NCBI GenBank assembly: GCA_013816405.1
Contig: JACDEL010000002.1
Span: forward strand, 6,220 to 70,219
Reading direction: 5' to 3'
From: Chloroflexota bacterium
GTDB lineage: Bacteria > Chloroflexota > Limnocylindria > QHBO01
DNA length: 64,000 bases
In this document: piece by piece, positions 1 through 9,170 of the stretch
Numbering within the stretch: the stretch's first letter is position 1
How the letters are laid out: each line of letters begins with the position of its first letter
Translations under genes and position numbers: made by a program
The notes under the pieces: generated by a model
What the model was told of the DNA's origin: nothing
The model's database searches: none
The model's input: only the letters and a program-made list of their open reading frames with translations

Positions 1-2424
1 CGCGCCCTCGCGGCCGAGCCATGGGCGCCCGCGGCGGATGCCGTTCGCGTGCGCATGGGCCTGCATACCGGCGAGGGGACGCTCGGCGGGGACAACTACG
101 TTGGCATCGACGTGCACCGGGCGGCACGGATCGCGGCCGCCGCACACGGTGGCCAGGTAGTCATTTCGGAGAGCACGCGCATGCTGGTTTCAAGATCGCT
201 TTCCGACGACCTTCGGCTCCGCGACCTCGGCGAGTATCGGCTCAAGGACCTCGAGCAACCCGAGCGGCTGACCCAGCTTCTCGTCCAGGGCCTGCCCGAG
301 GATTTCCCGTCACCCCGCACGCTCGAGACACCATCCAATCTGCCGCCCCAGATGACGACCTTCATCGGCCGCGAACGCGAAGCCGAGGAGGTCGCCGAGC
401 TGGCCCGTCGCTCGCGCCTGGTGACCCTCAGCGGACCGGGCGGCACCGGCAAGACACGCCTCTCGCTGCAGGTCGCCGCGCAGCTGCGAGCGGAATTTGG
501 CGGCGGCGCCTTCTTCGTGGATCTCTCCCCGATTGTCGATCCTGCGCTCATCCCGACCACCATTGCCGCCGCGCTCGGACTGCGCGAGCAGCCAAATCGG
601 CCGGTGCTCGAGTCGCTGCAGGCGCACCTCCGGGACCTTCAGCTGCTGCTCCTGCTCGATAACTTCGAGCAGGTGCAGGCGGGCGCTCCGCTGGTAGGTC
701 ACCTGCTGGAGGCCGCGCCACAGCTCAGTATCCTGGTGACCAGCCGCGAGGTGCTGCACCTGCGCGGAGAGCAGGAGTATCCCGTGCCGCCGCTCGGCCT
801 GCCGGACCTCGCCATGCTGCCGCCGCTCGAGGCGCTCTCGCGATACGACGCCGTGGCGCTGTTCATTCATCGCGCCAGGGCCGTGCGCCCGGACTTCGCG
901 GTCGACAACGACAACGCGCCGGCGGTGGCCGCCATCTGCGCCCGCCTAGACGGCCTGCCGCTCGCGATCGAACTGGCAGCGGCGCGCGTCAAGCTCTTCG
1001 CTCCGAGCGCCATCCTGGCGCACCTCGAGAAGACGCTCGCCTTCCTGACCAGCACGGCGCGTGACCTGCCGGAGCGGCAAAGGACGCTGCGGGGCGCTAT
1101 CGACTGGAGCCATGACCTTTTGGATACCACCGAGCGGACCCTGTTCCGCCGGCTGAGCATCTTCGTCGGTGGCTGCGCCGCCGATGGCGCCCAGGCGGTC
1201 TGCGATCCGGACGGCGCGCTGGGCATCGACATGCTCGACGGGCTGGCCTCGTTCGTGGACAAGAGCCTCCTGACACAGGCGACGGGAGACGACGGTGAGC
1301 CACGCTTCGGCATGCTCGAGACGATCCGCGAATATGCCGCGGAACGGCTGGCCGCCAGCGACGATGCGGAGCCAGTCAGGCGCCGGCACGAGGATCTGTT
1401 TGCTGGCCTCGCCGAGCAGGCCGCCACCGAGCTGCTTGGTCCACAGCAGAAGGCGTGGGTCGATCGGCTGGATGCCGATCGCGACAACCTGCGAGCGGCA
1501 CTCCAGCACGCCGCCGACGACGGCCGGATTGAACTGGCGCTCGGACTGGGCGCCGCGTTGTGGCGGTTCTGGCAGCGGCGCGGGCAGCTTGCCGAGGGGC
1601 GAACCGCGCTTGAGGGGCTGCTCGGTCGGCCGGAGGCCGCCTCCCCGACGCAGGCTCGCGCCCGAGCGCTGGCGGGCCTCGGCGGCGTTACCTACTGGCA
1701 GAACGACATGGTGGCGGCGGGGCAGGCGTACGCCGAGGGTTTGGCCATCGAGCGAGCCCTGGAGGAACCGAGCGGCCTTGCGGATGCGCTCTACAACTCC
1801 GGCTTCGTGGCCGCCATCGGCGGGGATCACGCGACTGCGCGCGCCATGTATGAAGAGAGCCTCGAGATCTTCACGCGCCTCAGCGATCTGCCCGGGGTGC
1901 TGCGGTTGCGCGAGGCCCTTAGCTTCCTCCTATTCCTCCAGGGTGACTTTGCCGAAGCTCGCGCGCTCCAGGAGGAGAACGTTCGCGCCTTCCGAGAGGG
2001 CGCCGAGACATTCCGCGTCGCAATCGGATCCCCGATGCTGTCGCTGCTCCGGGCGAAGGACGGGGAGTTTGCATTCGCTCGCGAGCTCCAGGTCGAAGCC
2101 TTGGGCACTTTCCGCGCAGTGGGTGACACGCATAGCATGGTCAGGGTCCTGATCATGGCGGCTGCCACGGCCGTCCTGGAGGGCGACCTGGAGCGTGCCG
2201 CGACATTGAGCGGCGCGGGAGATGTCCTCCGCGAGCCGCTCGGCGAGATGGCCACGCCAATGACGACGCTTGGCATGGAGGATCCCGCCCTCGCATCGCG
2301 CGCGCGCCTGGGCGACGAGGCGTTCGAGCGGAGCTACCAGAAAGGGCGAACGCTCACCCTCGACCAGGCGAGCGACCTGCTGAGTGAGGCTGGTAGCAAC
2401 GCCGGTAGCAAAAGGGGCGAATAG
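1..2424 (+). CDS. Class III nucleotide cyclase-STAND/NB-ARC ATPase-TPR protein (5' truncated by window)
   Basis: Frame open from base 1; cyclase end GLHTGE...GIDVHRAARI; Walker A GPGGTGKT; LLLLDNFE; GLPLAIELAAAR; helical TPR-like C-terminus. Confidence 0.9.
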   Translation, partial: RALAAEPWAPAADAVRVRMGLHTGEGTLGGDNYVGIDVHRAARIAAAAHGGQVVISESTRMLVSRSLSDDLRLRDLGEYRLKDLEQPERLTQLLVQGLPEDFPSPRTLETPSNLPPQMTTFIGREREAEEVAELARRSRLVTLSGPGGTGKTRLSLQVAAQLRAEFGGGAFFVDLSPIVDPALIPTTIAAALGLREQPNRPVLESLQAHLRDLQLLLLLDNFEQVQAGAPLVGHLLEAAPQLSILVTSREVLHLRGEQEYPVPPLGLPDLAMLPPLEALSRYDAVALFIHRARAVRPDFAVDNDNAPAVAAICARLDGLPLAIELAAARVKLFAPSAILAHLEKTLAFLTSTARDLPERQRTLRGAIDWSHDLLDTTERTLFRRLSIFVGGCAADGAQAVCDPDGALGIDMLDGLASFVDKSLLTQATGDDGEPRFGMLETIREYAAERLAASDDAEPVRRRHEDLFAGLAEQAATELLGPQQKAWVDRLDADRDNLRAALQHAADDGRIELALGLGAALWRFWQRRGQLAEGRTALEGLLGRPEAASPTQARARALAGLGGVTYWQNDMVAAGQAYAEGLAIERALEEPSGLADALYNSGFVAAIGGDHATARAMYEESLEIFTRLSDLPGVLRLREALSFLLFLQGDFAEARALQEENVRAFREGAETFRVAIGSPMLSLLRAKDGEFAFARELQVEALGTFRAVGDTHSMVRVLIMAAATAVLEGDLERAATLSGAGDVLREPLGEMATPMTTLGMEDPALASRARLGDEAFERSYQKGRTLTLDQASDLLSEAGSNAGSKRGE

Positions 2425-2710
2425 TGGCGGTTGCGAGGGTTGCCAAAGGACCGGGATGATGCTCAGCCGGGGACAAGTGGACGCCAGCAAACGCTATCGC
2501 GCGCATTTGTAACCCGCCGGCTCAGCATTGGCGCATCGGATGAACTTCTTAGAGCGAGCCGCGGCCGCGAAGCACATCTGCCATGCGCGGGAGGGTACAC
2601 GGACGATGCATCGGCAGCGCGGAGCCACGAACTCAGCTGCGGTGCTAGCGTCCACCGCGGCGCCGCCGGCTCAAGGCGCCCGGATGCCGATGCGCACCGC
2701 CGCGGTCGAC

Positions 2711-2764
2711 GCCTTTGCGGCACACAAGAACGAAGTGACCGAGGGCTATATGGCCGCGGCCTAG
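2711..2764 (+). pseudogene. Probable C-terminal remnant of a group I truncated haemoglobin
   Basis: AFAAHKNEVTEGYMAAA* resembles a trHb C-terminus as I recall it; upstream in-frame sequence does not. Confidence 0.35.
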
Positions 2765-2819
2765 AGAGGCCGCCCACCTCTGGCTTCGAGGCCTCCCGCA
2801 CAGAGGCGCGTTCAAGACC

Positions 2820-3233
2820 CTAGTAGCGGATGACCTTCTCGACCCGCAGACGGATCGTCGCTCGCGGTTCGCCCTTGAATTGCTCTGGATCCGCGTCGTA
2901 GCGCTCGGCCAGCCCCTTGATGGTGGCCATTCCGCGTTCCGAATCCTCGTCTATTTCAACGGTTCCCTCCAGGGCAACCCACTCATAGCGGTCCTCGAAA
3001 CAAAGGCTGACCCGAGGGTCGCGCTTGAGCCAGCGGAACTTTGCCCGCCCCGTCATGGTGTTGAGCAGCACCGTGTCCGGCTGGTCCGGATCCAGGTCGA
3101 ACCACATCACCGACTGTGTCGGTCTCCCCTCATCATTGAGCACCGCCAGCACCGGAAACCGCAGCTCGGCGGTGAGCCACGCGCGCAGGTCATCGCTCAG
3201 CGAGTGCTCGATCCTCAGGGGCGGGTCGGACAG
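2820..3233 (-). CDS. PPOX-class (pyridoxamine 5'-phosphate oxidase-like) F420/flavin-dependent oxidoreductase
   Basis: GRPTQSVMWF, NTMTGRAKFRWLKRDPRVSL, VALEG motifs; likely CTG start at 3233 behind GAGGAGG (alternative ATG at 3263). Confidence 0.85.
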   Translation of the reverse strand: MSDPPLRIEHSLSDDLRAWLTAELRFPVLAVLNDEGRPTQSVMWFDLDPDQPDTVLLNTMTGRAKFRWLKRDPRVSLCFEDRYEWVALEGTVEIDEDSERGMATIKGLAERYDADPEQFKGEPRATIRLRVEKVIRY

Positions 3234-3393
3234 GGGTTGGCCTCCTCGTGCCTGGCTGTTCATGCTAATCCCGAGCGGGAGGCGCCATGCGGCGAGGTCT
3301 GACACGGTCCACCATGCTTGGCTGCTTGCCCCAATACCCGTCGTCGTGCTCGACCTACGTTGCTTCTCCGAGTTCAGCCGCGTAGCGGCAGAG

Positions 3394-3556
3394 TGTCAGC
3401 ATGAAATCTTGCCGCTGATCCAAGCGGTGCCGGTACGCAAATTGGCGGCCCTGACTGGGCTATCGGTCAGCTATTGCGCGCTCATCAGGCGCGGACTGCG
3501 GACGCCACATCCGCTGGTGGGAACCACTTGTTCGGACGGTGGGTCAGACCGAGTAG
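3394..3556 (+). pseudogene. Frameshifted HTH remnant resembling the C-terminal domain of solo Cas1/casposase
   Basis: EILPLIQAVPVRKLAALTGLSVSYCALIRRGLRTPHP, then after a frameshift WWEPLVRTVGQTE* (TAG 3554-3556); no start codon or Cas1 core upstream. Confidence 0.5.
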
Positions 3557-6162
3557 ACCTTGAGGATCTCGTCGCCGTAGTGGTTGATGACCTTAATTGC
3601 GATGGTCCCTGAGGCTGGACGCCGGAAAAAACGCGACGTTGCGGAGTTGAGCGAGGCCCAGGCGGCCTCATTAATGTCGGTACGCAGGGCACCCTTGAGC
3701 TTCTCGTAAGGGTCGTCGGCGCCGAGGAAGTACGCGTGGCGGACGAAAAACTGCTGGTTGTCGTAAGCGGTGTCGATGAACCAACAGGCGATGTCAGCAG
3801 TCGAGTCGCTGCGGACGACGCCTGTGGTTGGGTCGTAGACGTCAAGGCCGTGGATGTCCACCTGGAGTAGACCGTCGCCCGCCGAACGGATGTCGATGTC
3901 GGGCTGGCCGAAGATAGTGAACAAGTTTCCGCTGCGCGTTTTCTTGAGGATCTCATCGGCCATTGCGAGGTCAGGGTTCATCCTTGCCGTGAGGACTGTT
4001 AGTCGACCGTAGCGCATGGCTTTGCCGGTCTCCTCGTCAGCTAGAGCGTCGAAGGCAAAGCCGCAAACGACCAGCAGGTCGAAGTAGCCGCCAGCCTCGA
4101 GTGCCGCCTCTCGAACGAGGTCCGGGCCTACGGTCCCGTACTGGGGGCCAAGTGCTACAGCGACGCGTCGGTCAACATCACCCTCGCGGAACGTGCCAGT
4201 TGCTTGGAGGAAGCGCCCAGGGAGGGGCTCGAGCGTCTCGAAGCGTAGGCGCTCTCCCTTCACCCGATTGTCGACGCCGGAGGATCGGAGGTTATCGAGG
4301 ATCGTCTCGACGAAGCGGCCGGAATCTTCGACCGGCGCCGGCGGGTTGATGAGGTCCTCCGGGTTATCGGCGACGACACGATGAGGCGAAAGGCTCTCGA
4401 CGGTGAACGGCCCGGCGACCCGGACCACCTTGCTGTCGACGTACGGGCGGTCAAATAGCAGTTCCGTGTCGGCGTTGCCGGATATCGCGGCATCGATCTC
4501 ACCGCGCGTCAAGCCCTCGCGGATATCGGGGTTCTGTGCGATCGACTTCAGTGTGACGTGCGAGACGCGCTCGTAGACGAATCCCTTGCGGATGTCGCCC
4601 TCTGTCGAGCCGAGCGGCGGTGCGCCGCTGAGCTCGGCCTCGCGCCGCTGGCCATCGGGCGTGTCCGCCATGACGTAGTAGGGGAACTTCGCGGCCATCA
4701 GGCGTGTTCGAGCGAGCGCGAGCGCGACTCGGCTGGTGTCGATCGTGATCCAGCGCCGACCCCACAGCTCGGCGACGTATGCGGTTGTGCCGGATCCACA
4801 GGTTGGGTCCAAAACGAGATCGCCAGCATCCGTGGTCATTAATACGCACCGTTGGATGATGGTGTTGGAGGTCTGTACCACGTAAGTCTTGTCGCTTGCG
4901 CCTCCAACGTCGAACCAGAGATTCGTTAGAGGGAACGCGGCAAAGTCATCGATGAAACGCACGTAGTTGATGGTCCGTGACGATCCTTCTAACCGCCCGG
5001 CCAGCCTCAATCGCTCGATGCCTTCGGCGTTCGTCTTCCACTCACCCTTTCCAGGGAGAACGGAGTGCCCATCAACCTCGACCGGGAAGTAGCCCGAGCG
5101 GCTCTCCCTAACCCTGGATGACGTCATCCCGCTCAAGCGGTACGGTCGTGCGTGGTCTGGAAGTGGATCGGCACCGGATCGCTCCGACAAGGTCATCCGA
5201 CGGCGAAGACCACCCGGCAGCTCTACGAAACCGTACATGGCCGATCCTTCACCCCCGAGCGACTTATCCCGGAATAGCTGCCGGTACTTAACCTCGCTCT
5301 TTTCCCGAGCGAACCAGAGCACATAGTCGGTTGTGCCCGGAAGTAGTTCACCAGTCGTACTTGTCGTGGTCGCGAAGGTCACCTGGCTTACGAAGTTCTC
5401 GGCTCCGAAGACCTCGTCCATCAAACTCCGGACTAAATGCACGTTCTCGTCACCGATCTGGACGAATACGGACCCGGTCTCGGTCAACAGCTCTCGGGAT
5501 ATCACGAGTCTGTCTCTCAGGTAGCCGAGGTACGAGTGGATACCAAGCTCCCATGTATCGCGAAATGCCCGAATCTGCTCAGGCTGTCGGGTCAGGTCGA
5601 CGTCCTTGCCGTCACCCACTTCGCGCTTGCGGGTGCTGAGCTGCCAGTTGCTGCCAAACTTGATCCCGTAGGGCGGGTCGATGTAGATCGTCTGAACCTG
5701 ACCCTTTAGACCCTCCTTCTCGGCCAGCGAGCTCATCGCAAGGAGTGAGTCCCCGAGGATCATCCGATTCGACCACTTCATGGGATGGCGGTAGAAGTCC
5801 ACCCGCTCATCGAAGCCCATGCCGTTGAAATCGCTTGAGAAGAGGTCGAGTTGGGTGTCACGGCCTGCAGCGGTCGTCGCCCGAAGGTCCTCAATGATCG
5901 CCTTCGGGCTGATCTGTTCCTGGATATAAATCGGCACCGCTTGGACGACAAGATCTTCACCGTCTTGCTCATCCTTGCCTTTCCACACCAATTGCGGATC
6001 AAGAGACGGGTCGCGCGGATAGCGGAGCTTTTGCGGCCGCGTCTCGTCGCCCGTGACCAGCGACTGCGTCTCCGCAGTCGGGATGTTCGATCGACTGTCT
6101 CCGCTATGGCGGACGGCCTCGATGGCCTTTGGACCTGCGGGCTTCGATATCCTCTTGACCAA
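3544..6162 (-). CDS. mod: Type III RM modification subunit, N6-adenine DNA methyltransferase (long form)
   Basis: IYIDPPYG (motif IV) precedes VLDPTCGSGTT (motif I), beta-class order; TTG start with GGAGG SD. Confidence 0.93.
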   Translation of the reverse strand: MVKRISKPAGPKAIEAVRHSGDSRSNIPTAETQSLVTGDETRPQKLRYPRDPSLDPQLVWKGKDEQDGEDLVVQAVPIYIQEQISPKAIIEDLRATTAAGRDTQLDLFSSDFNGMGFDERVDFYRHPMKWSNRMILGDSLLAMSSLAEKEGLKGQVQTIYIDPPYGIKFGSNWQLSTRKREVGDGKDVDLTRQPEQIRAFRDTWELGIHSYLGYLRDRLVISRELLTETGSVFVQIGDENVHLVRSLMDEVFGAENFVSQVTFATTTSTTGELLPGTTDYVLWFAREKSEVKYRQLFRDKSLGGEGSAMYGFVELPGGLRRRMTLSERSGADPLPDHARPYRLSGMTSSRVRESRSGYFPVEVDGHSVLPGKGEWKTNAEGIERLRLAGRLEGSSRTINYVRFIDDFAAFPLTNLWFDVGGASDKTYVVQTSNTIIQRCVLMTTDAGDLVLDPTCGSGTTAYVAELWGRRWITIDTSRVALALARTRLMAAKFPYYVMADTPDGQRREAELSGAPPLGSTEGDIRKGFVYERVSHVTLKSIAQNPDIREGLTRGEIDAAISGNADTELLFDRPYVDSKVVRVAGPFTVESLSPHRVVADNPEDLINPPAPVEDSGRFVETILDNLRSSGVDNRVKGERLRFETLEPLPGRFLQATGTFREGDVDRRVAVALGPQYGTVGPDLVREAALEAGGYFDLLVVCGFAFDALADEETGKAMRYGRLTVLTARMNPDLAMADEILKKTRSGNLFTIFGQPDIDIRSAGDGLLQVDIHGLDVYDPTTGVVRSDSTADIACWFIDTAYDNQQFFVRHAYFLGADDPYEKLKGALRTDINEAAWASLNSATSRFFRRPASGTIAIKVINHYGDEILKVYSV

Positions 6163-6174
6163 CCGACGTCCTCC

Positions 6175-9126
6175 CTACACCGGCACGAGCGAATGCACGT
6201 GCGCTCGAATGAGATTTGCCGCGTCCCAAGGGTCGGACACCTCCAGGAACGACCAGCGGCCGAGGGCTCCGTGGTTGTTCACAGCGGGAATCCAGTAGGC
6301 GTCAGCAGTAGCGACCTTGGCTGCTTTATCGCGGCGGTGCTCACCTGTCACCTCGATGATGAGATTGAGTGGCTCAGCTCCGCCGGCGTTGATCCGTACC
6401 AGGAGATCGGGGATGTAATTCGCCGCCTCGCCCTCAAACGTGTACGGGATCTTGAAGTTCAGGCCCTGGTTCTTCGCGTAGGCGACGACCTCGTCCATGT
6501 CGTCGAGGACCTGCCCGAGTTTCGCCTCCCAGCCGGAGTCCATAACGAGGAAGTTGAGATGGCTCCGCTCTGTCTCGTAAACCTTCTTGGTGGTCGTGAA
6601 GTCGACGTCGCGGGTCGAGCCGATCGGGCCATACGGGCGCAATATGGGCATGATCCGTTTTTCGCCGGCCGTGCCGCGCAGGATCGCGCGGTGTATGCGG
6701 TCCGCGGCGTCGTGCTCCCACTCCGCGATCAGGAGCATCTGTGGAAAGGCGCTGTCTTTGAGGACAACGCACTCGGCGAGCCAGCGCTCGGTGATCGCGA
6801 GAAGCTGCGGAAAGAGCCAGGGCTGCTCGGCATCCTGAGCCGCCCGAAAGTACGTGTCGAGGACGCGCTTAGCTATCCGGAAAGCAACCTCTTGTGGCCG
6901 CCGCAGCCTCAGGTCATCGAGGTTGGTCTCGATCGATTCCCCAACGATCGGGTCGAGCACAGTGACGACCGGGACTTCGTCTGTCGCCAGGGTCCGTATC
7001 GAATCGGGCGTGAACGCAGCGCTCAGGCGCTCGGTCGGTAGGTCATAGCGGTAGGCAAGCAGGCGCGGGAATGTGAGCTCGAGCTCTGCCCGCTCCGGCA
7101 AAGCCCGGACGCGGTGGATCTCCTTCTGGACAATCGGCCCGGTCTGCCCACTTGTCGGCAGGAAACTGAACGGGACGCCATAGACCTCGGCGTATTCGGG
7201 AGCGAAGTGGCCGTCAGGGCCGGGCTCGTAGCTCACCCGGCGAAGACCGCGCCCGACGACCTGCTCGCACAGGAGCTGCGTCCCGAAGGCTCGCACGCCA
7301 AGGATGTGCGTGACGGTGTTTGCGTCCCAGCCCTCAGTTAGCATCGAAACAGAGACGACGCAGCGGACCTGCTCACCGAGTCGGTCCCGTTTGCCGATCG
7401 TGTTCATCACCTCGCGCAGAAGATCCTCGTCGGTAATCTCATCCACCGAACGACCAGGGAAGCGAGCCTGGTGCGCGGCCTTGAACTCGTCGATCTCGGC
7501 TGCGGCGATCTTCTTGAAAGCCGGATCCATCGCGTCGCCTGATTCGAGCTGAGCGGAGTCGATGAGCAAGGCATTGGGCCGCTCCGACCACACCCCACCT
7601 TCGACATTGCTGAAGATCGGAAGCGCACCAGGGACCGGGGCAGTTGAGCCGTCGGGCAGACGTTTCTCCCAGCCCGCGATCCAGTCGAAGACGAGTTTGC
7701 TGATGTTCGTGTTCTGGCAGACCATGATGAATACCGGCGGCGTGCCCGTCCCGCTTGTCTTCCAGGCGTCGAACGACTTCTGGTAGTTGCCGTACAGGCT
7801 GCGGAGAGCACCTTCGAGCTCCTTCGGCAGCTTTGGTTCGCCTTGGATCTCGTCGGTTGCTCGGCCCTTCTTGGGGAGGTCGTCGCGGATCCGCACCCAG
7901 AGGTCGCGGTACGTCGGGGAGGTTCCGGCAACCGCATCATCTGAGACCGGGACGCGGGGGATCTTCACGATCCCAGCCTCTATCGCGTCGATGAGGCTGA
8001 AGTCCGAGACAACCCAGGGGAACAGAGTTCCCTCCTTGTAGCCCGAGCCGCGGAGGAAAAACGGGGTCGCGCTCAGGTCATAGATCGCCCGGACACCCAA
8101 CTTTGTCCCAACCGCACGAAGGCCGTTGAGCCAAACGCGGGCCGCCTCCTCATCACGGCGTGCTTCCGAGCGCTCGTCGGCTGTTAGTGTCTCCTCCTCG
8201 CTTTGCGGCGCCGACTGGTAGCAGTGATGGGCCTCGTCGTTCAGGACGACGATGTTGCGCTTGGTCCCGAACACACGGCATACCCGCCGGACCATCTGGT
8301 CGGGGGTTTCCTTGAACTGGTCGGTGTTGCCGTCGGGGCCGGCTAAAACCTTCTTTGTAAGCGAGGCTGCCTCGAAGGTCTCTCGCCGGATGAAGCCATG
8401 GAAGTTGGCGATCTCGATCTTCACGGCCTGCAAAGCGTGAAGTTGGTCTGGCGTCAGGAGGTCACGCTCCTGGTAGTAATTGCCAGGCAGGTTCGGCCGA
8501 AGAACCTGGAGTCGATCGCGAATTGTGATGCCTGGCGTGACTACGAGGAAGGTGTCGCTAAAGCGCTTGTCCTTGGGGTTAGCGATTTTGTTGAGCGTCT
8601 GCCAGGCAATGATCATGGCCATGACGACGGTCTTGCCCGAACCGGTGGCCATCTTGAAGGCAATCCGATAAAGGCCAGGGTTGCGTGCTTGGCTATCCTC
8701 GCGCAGCTTGTTTTCGATCCACGGCTGGCGGTGCCCGGCGACCTCAGTCAGGAAGATAGCGGACTCGAGGGCCTCGATCTGGCAGAAGAACAGCGGCTTG
8801 TCCCGTGATGGTTCAGTCCAGTACGCGAGCAAATCGCGAGTGACCGCGGTGATTCCCGGATATCGGGTGCTCCGCCACGCGCCGACATGCTCGCGCACCT
8901 GGTTGATGAAGTCGTTGTCCGTCATTCGCTCGGAGACAAAATCCCCGGGCAGGGAGAGCTGAGCGCCGCCTGTGGTCTTGGGTTTCGGGATCGGCATGAA
9001 GTACGTGCTCCGGCGGCGGCCGTCGGTCACTTCATTCGTGATCCCATCGTCGTTGAACCGGAAATGCCGCGTAGGCTCGCGGAAAGGCGAGTTGAGAATC
9101 GGGTTCTCGATCACCGTTTGGGGCAA
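6175..9126 (-). CDS. res: Type III restriction subunit (SF2 helicase + PD-(D/E)xK nuclease; BPTD_3080-like)
   Basis: MATGSGKT, DEAHH, SATP, SVSMLTEGWD, QVVGRGLRR; C-terminal YIPDLLVRI...IIEVTG. Confidence 0.93.
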   Translation of the reverse strand: MPQTVIENPILNSPFREPTRHFRFNDDGITNEVTDGRRRSTYFMPIPKPKTTGGAQLSLPGDFVSERMTDNDFINQVREHVGAWRSTRYPGITAVTRDLLAYWTEPSRDKPLFFCQIEALESAIFLTEVAGHRQPWIENKLREDSQARNPGLYRIAFKMATGSGKTVVMAMIIAWQTLNKIANPKDKRFSDTFLVVTPGITIRDRLQVLRPNLPGNYYQERDLLTPDQLHALQAVKIEIANFHGFIRRETFEAASLTKKVLAGPDGNTDQFKETPDQMVRRVCRVFGTKRNIVVLNDEAHHCYQSAPQSEEETLTADERSEARRDEEAARVWLNGLRAVGTKLGVRAIYDLSATPFFLRGSGYKEGTLFPWVVSDFSLIDAIEAGIVKIPRVPVSDDAVAGTSPTYRDLWVRIRDDLPKKGRATDEIQGEPKLPKELEGALRSLYGNYQKSFDAWKTSGTGTPPVFIMVCQNTNISKLVFDWIAGWEKRLPDGSTAPVPGALPIFSNVEGGVWSERPNALLIDSAQLESGDAMDPAFKKIAAAEIDEFKAAHQARFPGRSVDEITDEDLLREVMNTIGKRDRLGEQVRCVVSVSMLTEGWDANTVTHILGVRAFGTQLLCEQVVGRGLRRVSYEPGPDGHFAPEYAEVYGVPFSFLPTSGQTGPIVQKEIHRVRALPERAELELTFPRLLAYRYDLPTERLSAAFTPDSIRTLATDEVPVVTVLDPIVGESIETNLDDLRLRRPQEVAFRIAKRVLDTYFRAAQDAEQPWLFPQLLAITERWLAECVVLKDSAFPQMLLIAEWEHDAADRIHRAILRGTAGEKRIMPILRPYGPIGSTRDVDFTTTKKVYETERSHLNFLVMDSGWEAKLGQVLDDMDEVVAYAKNQGLNFKIPYTFEGEAANYIPDLLVRINAGGAEPLNLIIEVTGEHRRDKAAKVATADAYWIPAVNNHGALGRWSFLEVSDPWDAANLIRAHVHSLVPV

Positions 9127-9170
9127 AAGGTCACTCCCACCTATTCGAATCTACCTTACCCACCGGCGCA

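Noticed and set aside
1-2424. Cyclase-STAND-TPR protein as an Avs/Pycsar-type defence gene
   Set aside because: A common signalling architecture in high-GC soil bacteria, with host-like codon usage and no effector partner visible
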